NCBI GenBank assembly: GCA_951406725.2
Contig: OX597817.1
Location: 40,052,001-40,116,000 of the forward strand
DNA from: Octopus vulgaris
Lineage: Eukaryota
Length of the DNA stretch: 64,000 nucleotides
Reading direction: 5' to 3'
In this document: positions 54,026 through 64,000 of the stretch, piece by piece
Position numbering within the stretch: the stretch's first letter is position 1
How the letters are laid out: the number at the start of each line of letters is the position of its first letter
Position numbers and translations under genes: made by a program
The notes under the pieces: generated by a model
The model's input: only the letters and a program-made list of their open reading frames with translations
What the model was told of the DNA's origin: nothing
Databases searched by the model: none

Positions 54026-54275
54026 AATTTGATATTCTTAGGACATTTATAAATAGAAAGGTTGTCTTACAGCTGTTTCAGGGAAATAAATGTTATCCCA
54101 TCAGAGACAAGTATAAAGAGCTTCAATAGAAGGAATTACTAGGAATTAGTAAACTCTACTAATTCCTTCTATTGAAGCTCTTTTAACTCGTCTCTGATGA
54201 TGGGGTACCATTTATTTCCCTGAAACAGCTATAAGACCACCTTTCTATTTATAAATGTCTTGGGAATATCAAATT
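54026..54275. mobile_element. 250-bp fold-back element with a hammerhead ribozyme on each arm (Penelope-like pseudo-LTR relic)
   Basis: Plus 54190-54237 GTCT-CTGATGA-TGGGG...TCCCT-GAAAC-AGCT-ATA-AGAC; minus 54064-54108 GTCT-CTGATG-GGA...TCCCT-GAAAC-AGCT-GTA-AGAC; arms about 110 bp, reverse-complementary. Confidence 0.75.
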
Positions 54276-54439
54276 GCCTTGGCCTTGTTATCTTATTTTA
54301 TTTTATTTAACATATACACACACACGACCTGATTTAGACTTCTTACTCATGCTATTATTGAAACAGAAGCTTAACAGCGATCCTTCCATAGCACTTAGAT
54401 AGCCTTAGCTGTCTTTTGGGTCTTCTGGATATCAAAACA

Positions 54440-54476
<37 letters not shown>

Positions 54477-54676
54477 ATATGTGTATAAAACAAGCTTCCA
54501 CAAAGTGGGACTGAACCTGAAACCACATGGTTGCAATGCAAGCGTTTTAACCAGAGTCACACTTGTACCTAAATTCAGTGAGATTCCCCACAGTTTCCAT
54601 CTTCTATATATATTAATCCATACCCTATAACCTTTTGTCAAAATTTCAGTAAATTGAAACTAGGCAGAGAAGCCTG

Positions 54677-54712
<36 letters not shown>

Positions 54713-54744
54713 TTTATTTAAAAGCAGCAGAAATTCAACAAAAC

Positions 54745-54782
54745 CTGTTACTCTGAGTTTCACGTTCCCGTTCGTCGGACAG
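54745..54782 (-). ncRNA. Compact hammerhead fold with U4->C core variant; stem I extended by the inverted repeat 54712-54815
   Basis: Minus strand CTGT-CCGACGA-ACG-GGAA-CGT-GAAA-CT-CAG-AG-TA-ACAG: GNRA loop on stem II, GUA triplet. Confidence 0.7.
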
Positions 54783-54884
54783 TTTTTGTTGAATTTCTGC
54801 TGCTTTTAAATAAAGCATATTACTCTACCCCTGGTATTTGAGCACTCTTTTTTCCACCTTGTTTCACATTTATGTGTTTACTCC

Positions 54885-54955
<71 letters not shown>

Positions 54956-55055
54956 ATTGATAAAAATGGTAAGACAACAAAAGAAAGAAAGAGACCTCGA
55001 TATTATGTAAATAGAAGAATTTATCTATAAATGTGACAATTATTCGGTAGCCATG

Positions 55056-55114
55056 ATAAAACTCCGAGTTTCGGATGCCAAAGTGGAAATCCACACCACC
55101 ATCTCTTCAGTTAT
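55056..55114 (-). ncRNA. Hammerhead-like motif, paralogue of 5147-5205
   Basis: Minus strand ATAA-CTGAAGA-GATG...CATCC-GAAA-CT-CGG-AG-TT-TTAT; 55031-55134 aligns by eye to 5122-5225. Confidence 0.6.
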
Positions 55115-55543
55115 ATGGCCATCGGAAAAAATGCTATGGAAATGACCGTTACACAAAGGGAAATTATATATGTGTATGTATGCATGTATGTATGTATGTG
55201 TGTGTGTGTTTATATATATAGGTTAGTTTGAAATGTGTCGCGTATAAAACTCACTGCCCTTACATCTGATTAAAAATGCATTTGTGCATTACAGCTGATT
55301 AAAAATGCATTTGTGTCTGTATTTGTAAGCATGAGTATATTTACCAATGTAAAGAGGTGTGCTGGCTTATGGAATGACTGGATAAAGTACAGGCTTCAGA
55401 TCACTGAGTTGTAACACACTTATATCTTCATTTTGTTTTATCTCTGCCCATCTCTTAATTCTGAATGCCACTGTTAATCTCAGATAAAGAGGTTCAAGGT
55501 GTTTCTGGAAATGCCATTTGCTATAGCGTTTGATATATATATG

Positions 55544-55585
<42 letters not shown>

Positions 55586-56291
55586 ATACCATAGCAGATG
55601 GTGTTTATATATATATATATAAGATTCTATAGCAGATGGCATTTATATATATGTGTGTGTGTATAAAAACATACATATATGTAGTGGAAAGGGTCATCTC
55701 TCATCGACTTATCTCCATGAAACTTAGAGGCATGTGTCAGTGTAACAAGTTTCTCAGGATCATGGAGACATTTATTACATCAATAAGAGTTACATAGAAA
55801 TTTCATGAACTGCTGCTGCTGCTTCTACTACAGTTTAGGTCCTTCCCCATTATAATATATTAAAGAGTAGTCTACATTTACATATTGACTTCTGTAATTT
55901 ATCTCTGCTTGGTGGTTAAGGAGTTTGCTTCCCAACTATGTGGTTTTAGGTTCAATCCTACTGCCTGGCACCTTGGACAAGTATTTTCTACATGCACCTC
56001 TGACCAACCAATTCTCTGCAAGTAAAATTAGTAGATGGAAACTGCATGGAAAGCCATCATGTGTATAAGTGTTAATACAGGCGTGCATTAAATAATTAGG
56101 ATTTTCGCTTGAAAACACAAACACTTTATGTGTCATAGATATAAATGGACAGAGAGGGATATACATACATACATACATGCATATATATGTGTATATGCAT
56201 GTATGTGTGTTTGTATATATATATAGACATATATATATATACATAAATATGTGTGTAAATATATATATATATATATATATATACATGTGTG

Positions 56292-56322
<31 letters not shown>

Positions 56323-56330
56323 GTGTGTAA

Positions 56331-56461
<131 letters not shown>

Positions 56462-57661
56462 AATATATATATACATACATACACATATATATATATATAT
56501 ATGTATGTATATGCATGTATATCAATAAACAAATATATTTTGACATGGTTTTCAGAAGCAAACGAGAGAGGAAGAATTAAGGAATATTCTGTCTTGCAGT
56601 GGAAACTTTCCTATTAGTTAATTAAAACAGATCAATGGAAAAGGCCACCATAAGAATGACACTAATTACATGAAGATTCATCAAAAAATGATTATACATG
56701 TATAATCATGTAGATAGATAATTAAATTTCCCAGTAAAGGTATTCATCTAATGTTATGACCATCTGTTATATAATGTTATATTGATTAACTAACAGTTCC
56801 TGCTATCATGATAGAATTTAATTAATATTGCCTTTGTTTTCAGGTATGGCTTATCTGACAGATTTATGTCTGAAAAAGAAAAACATATCTGAACGGAATG
56901 CCACAGTTCAAAGTATTGGTTAATTATTGAAAAATTCCCCACAGAGTGTAGTATTGACATATGAAATGATACTCGACTCTTCGTATTTCTTGTCTTATGA
57001 AGAAATACTTGTTTAATTATCAGAGAAAGTATCCTGGGATTCAGTTGGTGCTCTCTAAATGATAAGCAGCTGTATAATCATTATACTGTGATATTTTCAC
57101 TTTTTAAATCTTGAATTTATAGGAAGTAGTGTTTCAATAATGAGAGGCACGAAAAGAAAAAGACATTGATTTGTAACGCACACTTTTTATTCTTTATCTT
57201 TTGCTTCTTCCATTTATTGTACTGCTGCCATGCTAGGGCACCACCTTGAAGGGTTTGATGAACTAAGTCAACCCCAGTATTTATTTTTAAGTCTCGTATT
57301 TACTCTATCCATCTCTTTTACTGTTATAGGGATGTAAACAAACCAGTTCTTGTTGTCAAACCATGGCAAGGACAATCATGAAGAAACACACACATACACA
57401 TATAGTACATACATACATAGGCATGTAATGTCTAGAAAGATAGATTTTCCAGTTGTACATTTACTTTGTACACACCATTTCTTGTATATATATATATATA
57501 TGTGTGTGTGTGTATATATATATATATGTATATATATAGTAGAAATTGTGTATACAACCAAAACATCTACCATAGGGTTCCAAACAACAATAATGGTGAA
57601 ATACGCATAAGAACTTTATTTTTCATATATATATAAGCGTGTGTGTGTATATATATATATA

Positions 57662-58656
57662 CACACCTTAGAGGAAGCTCAGGAACTTTTAGATCAGATT
57701 TCTGCTGCAAATAAAGCCTTTGGTTTGACCATCAGCATAAAGAAGATGGAAGTAATCCACCGACCTTGCCATACTCCTAAGCAAATTCTAAGTGTCAAAG
57801 AGAGGCCACTGGTTCACAATTTTCCTGAAACTCCTGTACAGGTTGATGAGAAAAACCTAAATTATGTCAAGTCATTTACATATCTTGGTAGTAAAGGGAA
57901 TTCAAGCACTTCCCTTGATGCTGAAATCATCAACCATCTTTGCAAAGGCAACCAACACATTTGGCAAACTGTCATTACCTGTGGAATGAATGGGCATTAA
58001 ACTTGACACCAAAGTACAGGTTTATAAAGCTGCCATTCTTACTACTCTCTTGTATGGCTCTGAATTGTGGATACCCTATAAACGACACATTAACCAACTA
58101 GACATCTTCCAAAAAGACTGTCTCAGGACAATCTGTGGTTATTCACTGAAAGTCAGAGTTTCTAAGACTGACCTATTTAGCAAATGTAAGATTGGTGGAA
58201 TCAAGAGCTTCCTTATGCAGTTGCAGTTGCACTGGGTTGGCCATGTCATCAGAATGAGTGATGAAAGAATACCCAAAGTCCTCAGGAATGTTGGTCAACC
58301 ATGGCTCAGATATAAAGACAAGCTGAAGAGTAGCCTCTTACAACTGAAGATAGCTGACAACACCTTTGAGCGAACAGCCTTGGAACGAACAAACTGGAGA
58401 TCGTTGTGTCAAAATGGTATTAGAAACTTTGTTTCAACCACCATTAACAGACTTCGGGGTGCAAGGCAAAGGACAAAAGTGGCTGCTAATATACCACCTG
58501 CATTGACCTGTAATCCTCATACTTGCAGCATCTGTGGCCTTCTATGCAAATCGTTGGCTGGACTTAAATGTCATATTCAACATAAGCATTGTGACTGACA
58601 AAAGAAAAAGTAGGTTGTCAGATCCTCATACGTCAAAACTGACAGGAGAATCCATC

Positions 58657-58657
<1 letters not shown>
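57662..58657 (+). mobile_element. 5'-truncated RTE-clade LINE: RT C-terminus plus terminal C2H2 zinc finger, one frameshift
   Basis: FGLTISIKKMEV, VKSFTYLGS, TKVQVYKAAILTTLLYGSELW, QLHWVGHVIRMSDERIPK, CSICGLLCKSLAGLKCHIQHKH across ORFs 57641-58000 and 57990-58598. Confidence 0.9.
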
Positions 58658-58711
<54 letters not shown>

Positions 58712-58712
<1 letters not shown>

Positions 58713-59105
58713 TCATCGTTATAATCATCATCATTTAACGTCTGCTTACCATGCTAACATGGGTTGAACGATTTGACTGAGGATTGGCAAACCAGATGGC
58801 TGCACCAGGCTCCAGTCTAGATCTGGCAGAGTTTCTACAGCTGGATGCCCTTCCTGACGCCAACCACTCCGAGAGTGTAGTGGGTGCTTTTACATGCCAC
58901 TGGCATGAGGGCCAGTCAGGCAGTACTGGCAACGGCCACGCTCAAATGGTGTTTTTTACATGCCACCTGCACAGGAGCCAGTCCAGTGGCACTGGCAATG
59001 ACCTCGCTCAAATGTTTTTTCACATGTCAGTAAGGCGACGCTGGTAACAATCAAGCTCGAATGGTGCTTTTTACATGCCACCAGCACGGAAGCCAGTTAG
59101 CCACT
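58712..59105 (-). mobile_element. Repeat family B
   Basis: Colinear with 42590-43090. Further copies near 20368-20570, 23240-23560, 36030-36300, 37433-37660, 48640-48860 and 49075-49235. Confidence 0.75.
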
Positions 59106-59779
59106 CTAGTGTGTGTGTGTGATGGGTTTCCATACAGTTTCCATCTACCAAATTCATTCACAAAACATTGGTTAGTCTAGGGTTTTGTAGAAGACACTCG
59201 TTCAAGGTACTGCACAGTGGGACTAACCTTTGTAACCACTCAAAGAAAATAAATGTTTAGTTAAAGATAGATTTGTAATGTCAGCATCTCCCCAGCCTCT
59301 CATATTTGGCAGGTATAATTCATATATAAGTACAACAATGCAAAATACAGAGTTAAGAGAATTCTGATGCAGCACAGAATTTTGTCAGTGAACAGGTCGC
59401 AGTCTCAAAGCACCGAAAATATTTTGACAAATTAAATTTAAATGTTGAAGTGAATCTAACGGTTTTTGTGTGTTTCTTAAATAGCTTATAAACACCTTCC
59501 ATGCTGCAATTGTTTTCGTTCCAGCACACGATCTCAGATCAGGTCACTTGCTATGCAAGTACATCTCCGTAAAGAGTTAAGAGAGTTTTCTTAGTTTCAG
59601 TTACATTATATAAGGGTTGTGCCATTTGCACCCCAAAGCTTAAATGATAGATTGTCTTTTTTTTTATGTATATATATATCTTTAAATTGTGAGCCCCATC
59701 AATCATAATGTCAATAGAACTAATATGTTTGCAACAATGGTGCTTCTCTCCAACAACTTTCAACTTTAAAATTTTCAGA

Positions 59780-60280
59780 ACACACACACACACAAATGCT
59801 TGCAAGCACACGCTAACACACATACATACATGTACATACTCGCACAGACACAAATTTTCACATGCTCACATACACGCACACATACAGTCACACAAACACA
59901 TATGTACACACTCATGTTCACACACACACTCTATCATAAACACACATGCTCACACACACACAAACAAAAACACATGTACATGAATAAAAATATACACAAC
60001 AAACAAGCACACACATGCACAAACACACACACCCTCTCACATTCACTCACACACTCTGTCATGCACACACACATACAAACAAAAGTAAATGCATACACAC
60101 TCTCACATTCATATACACACACACACACACATACACACACACAAACACTACATACACACACACAAACACCACACACACACTCACAAATACATAACTATAC
60201 ATTAACCCATGTGTGCATAACCACAAATGCATAAACTCTCACATTCATACACACACACACAAACACTACACACACACATT
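59780..60280. repeat. Degenerate (CA)n-rich low-complexity tract
   Basis: Read directly. Confidence 0.9.
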
Positions 60281-61801
60281 TATATGTATGAGAGGCTTCC
60301 CTACAGTTTCCCTATAATAAATTAATTCACAAGACATTGGTCAACCTGGAACCATTGTAGAAGACCCTTGCTCAAGGTACCTTGCAGCGGTACTGAACTT
60401 GCAATCACATGGTTGCTAAGTGAGCTTCTAAACCACAAAGCTTAGGGTTGGTCTGAGGCCCTGGTAAATAAAAATTGCCCAAGATGCCTCACAGTGGATT
60501 GAGACCAGAACCATGGGATTGTAAAACTAACGTGTTAGCCATTCAGCTTTGCTGTTTCCATATTCTCACACACATGCATCCACACATATACATGCACATA
60601 TACGTATACACACACACACACACTCTCTCTTTCACACTCACACTCTCACATGCACATTCACACACACACTCTCTTATACATACACATCCACTCACATACT
60701 AACACATAACACATGCATCACATATTATTATAACCATGTAAGCTGAGCCTTATCAGCAAAGGTAAAAAAAAAATAACTATGTGAACTATAGATCAAGCAA
60801 CTAGAGGACTGTATGTCTCATTTTAGTAAAGAACAACTGATGTAAAATCCATTTATTTATTTAATGTCAATACAAATTCTTTTTTCTCCAAAGATGGACT
60901 TCTCTCAAAACATTGGAATTTTCATGATTTATGTAATCATTTGTTTGACAAATTTTATTCCTGTCAAAATCATTTATTTTTCTCAATATCTGAATGTTTG
61001 TTTCTCTTTTCTTCTCTTGTGTTACATTTACTCTGTATTGTTATTAATATTTTTGTTGTTGTTGTTGGTTCAAATTCTGCTGAGGTCGACTTTGGCTTTC
61101 ATCCTTTCTAGGTCGATAAAATAAATACCAGTGAAACACTGGGGTCCATGTAATCGACTCATCCTCTTCCCCCAAAATTGCTGCCCTTGTGGCAAAATTT
61201 GAAACTGTTATTATTATTATTATTGTTATTGTTGTTAGTTCAAATTCTGCTGAGGTCGACTTTGCCTTGGGTACTGGAATTGATGTAATTTACTAAGGCT
61301 CCTCCCTAGAAATTTCCAGCTTTGTGCCAAAATTATTATTATTATTATTATTGTTATTATTATTATTATTATTATTATAAAGGCATTAGCATGCCAGAAA
61401 AAATGCTAAGTGGCATTTTGTCTCTCTTTACATTCTGAGTTCAAATTCCACCAAGGTTGACTCTACTTTTCCTCCTTTGATGAAATAAGTACCAGTTGAG
61501 TACTGCAGTTGATGTAATCAACTCTCCCCATTCCCCAATATTTCATGTCTTGTGCCTATGGTAGGAATGGCTGTGCTTTCATTTATACAAGCTGCATCTA
61601 TGTCTGAACCAGAGCAGAGACATCAATTGACAATAGGATTTTGCATCTAAAGATGCTAACATGTGAGTTAGCATCTTTTTTGAAAAATTGAAAAATTGAT
61701 GTTTTGAAAGAAAAATTTTTTATAAAATTTATAGTAGCATTAGATGAATAAGACTGCACTTACATGGTGAAGAAGTTACATCTACTATGTGTGGCATCCA
61801 T

Positions 61802-62172
61802 ACTCTTTTACTTGTTTCAGTCATTTGACTGTAGCCATGCTGGAGCACCACCTTTAGTCAAGCAATTCAACCCCAGGACTTATTCTTTGTAAGCCTAGTA
61901 CTTACTCTATCAGTCTCTTTTTGCCGAACCGCTAAGTTAGGGGAACATAAACACACCAGCATCGGTTGTCAAGCGATGTTGAGGGGACAAACACAGACAC
62001 ACACATACATATATACAACGGGCTTCTTTCAGTTTCCGTCTACCAAATCCACTGACAAGGCTTTGGTCAGCCCGAAGCTATAGTAGAAGACACTTGCCCA
62101 AGGTGCCACATAGTGGGACTGAACCTGGAACCATGTGGTTGGTAAGCAAGCTACTTACCACACAGCCACTCC
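61802..62172 (-). mobile_element. Full-length SINE family A
   Basis: Reverse complement of 6950-7341. Confidence 0.88.
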
Positions 62173-62601
62173 CCCCCCCCCCATGTGTGACCTTTTGCAA
62201 TTCACTTATTTTAGTACTGACAAGAATTTGACCTACATATCTGTTATCTTCTTTTTGTATCATTTAAATTAATAATTCTTTCTACTGGAAGCACAAGGCC
62301 TCAAGTTTGGGGGAAGGGATTAAGTCTATTACATTGACCTCAGTGTGTAACTGGTACTTATTTAATCAACCTCAAAAGGATGAAAGGCAAAGTCAATCTT
62401 GGCAGAATTTGAACTCAGAACGTATTGGCAGATGAAATACTGCTAAGTATTTCGCTTGGCATGTTAACGATTCTGCCAGCTTGCCGCCTTTATTGTTTCA
62501 ACAATAATGAAAACATTGTTTTGTTGTTGTTGTTATTGTTGTGGTTGTTGGTGTTCTTTTGCATTTTCAATGGCTAATTAATTCTTGGTAATTGCTTTTA
62601 G

Positions 62602-62775
62602 GAAATATCTGCCAGTAAAAAGATACACATTCAAGAACTCGAAGCCTATCTGAAGAGATTCCGCGATATGGAACGTTGGCTATCTGAAACAAAGAACAAC
62701 TTTGGAAATTCAATTTCTCAAAATGAACAAGATTCTTCCATGGAATCTCTTACTGCAAAACTGGAAGAAAATAAA
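62602..62775 (+). CDS. Coding exon (58 aa, phase 0/0), spectrin repeat helix A
   Basis: Acceptor aattgcttttag|GAA, donor AAA|gtcagt. EISASKKIHIQELEAYLKRFRDMERWLSETKNNF...LEENK, with the conserved WL. Confidence 0.87.
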
Positions 62776-62934
62776 GTCAGTGATATTTTGATTTTGCTCC
62801 TTCTGTACACACATACTCACATATTCACACACAAGCAAACTCATGTTTGCATACATACGTACATATAGATTAAATCTAATTTACTTGAATTGTAACATTA
62901 CTGTCTTTGTTTTAGCTTGCTTATTACTTCTAAT

Positions 62935-63190
62935 GGTGGAGGCTGGTGGCTTAGTGGTTAGGGTGTCAGCATCATGATCGTAAGATTGTAGTTTCAATTC
63001 CTGGACCGGGCGACATGTTACGTTCTTGAGCAAAACACTTCATTTCACGTTGCTCCAGTCCACTCAGCTGGCAAAAATGAGTAACACTGCAATGGACTGG
63101 CATCCTGTCCAGCTCAGGAACACATACGCCATAGAAACTGGGAAACCAGGCCCATGAGCCTGGCTAGGCTTTAAAAGGGCACATTTATTT
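62935..63190 (+). mobile_element. Third tRNA-derived SINE family
   Basis: A-box TGGCTTAGTGGTTA, B-box-like GTTTCAATTCC, CORE-like TTCTTGAGCAAAACACTT; an older reverse copy lies near 25620-25860. Confidence 0.7.
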
Positions 63191-63853
63191 TATTATTTGT
63201 TACCTCTAATGTCACTTATAATGCCTACATTATACATGTATATAATGCGTATGGGCGAGCTCAGCTGTGTAAAGAAGTACCAATCTCCAATTGTGGAGGA
63301 AACGTGTATAAGAGGTAGACCCATATAAGACTCGTCAAGCCAAGTGGAATTCTAGATGTGGCTAATGCCAGTGGCACATAGAAACCACCCATTACACTCT
63401 TGGACTGATTGGCATTAGGAAGGGCATCCAGTTCCAGTCAAACCATCTAACCTATGCCAGCAGGGAACGCAGACGCTAAACGATTATCATGATGATGATG
63501 ATGATGGTGGTGGTAGTGGCGGCAGCTATGGCGACAGCGGTATACATCCACAGCTCGCTCTGCCCATTTTTGTTCCAACTCAAGGCACTCACCACCACCC
63601 ATCACCTCCCTAATGCAGTTCTTTATATACAGAGATAGATAAGTGGATATAAATATATATATAATTATGTATATATATGTATATATGTATGTATGTATAT
63701 ACATATACGCATGTGTCTATCTATGTATAGGAATAAATATTTTAAAATATTAATGTATAAGCTCATTTGTTTATATTTCACCACTCATTCGAGCATACAT
63801 ATGCATTTGTAAAAACTCATACATGCATAATCATGCATTAAACATCATATATT

Positions 63854-63920
<67 letters not shown>

Positions 63921-63954
63921 GCACACATTTATGCATACTGCATTAATTCTATTG

Positions 63955-63987
<33 letters not shown>

Positions 63988-64000
63988 CACACATGCATAT

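Overview
AT-rich, microsatellite-dense animal genomic DNA. The SINE repertoire and (TA)n/(CA)n load point to an octopus/coleoid cephalopod (inference). The window lies inside one large plus-strand gene for a giant spectrin-repeat protein (nesprin-1/MSP-300-like or spectraplakin-like). I can read 8 coding exons with canonical AG/GT sites, all phase 0, from 13270 to 62775; one is a large Ser/Thr/Pro-rich exon that may also act as a terminal exon. The introns hold tRNA-derived SINEs (at least 3 families), a (GAT)n-tailed RTE-like repeat, RTE and R4/Dong LINE fragments, a decayed Gypsy element, mariner relics and MITEs. The most notable signal is about 11 minimal type-I hammerhead-ribozyme motifs (CUGANGA...GAAAC-short, often palindromic stem III-GUH). 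They come from many unrelated sequence families and mostly sit in fold-back inverted repeats in or beside (TA)n tracts, the signature of Penelope-like pseudo-LTR/retrozyme relics. Almost all supplied ORFs are microsatellite artefacts. Repeat boundaries are approximate, read by eye.
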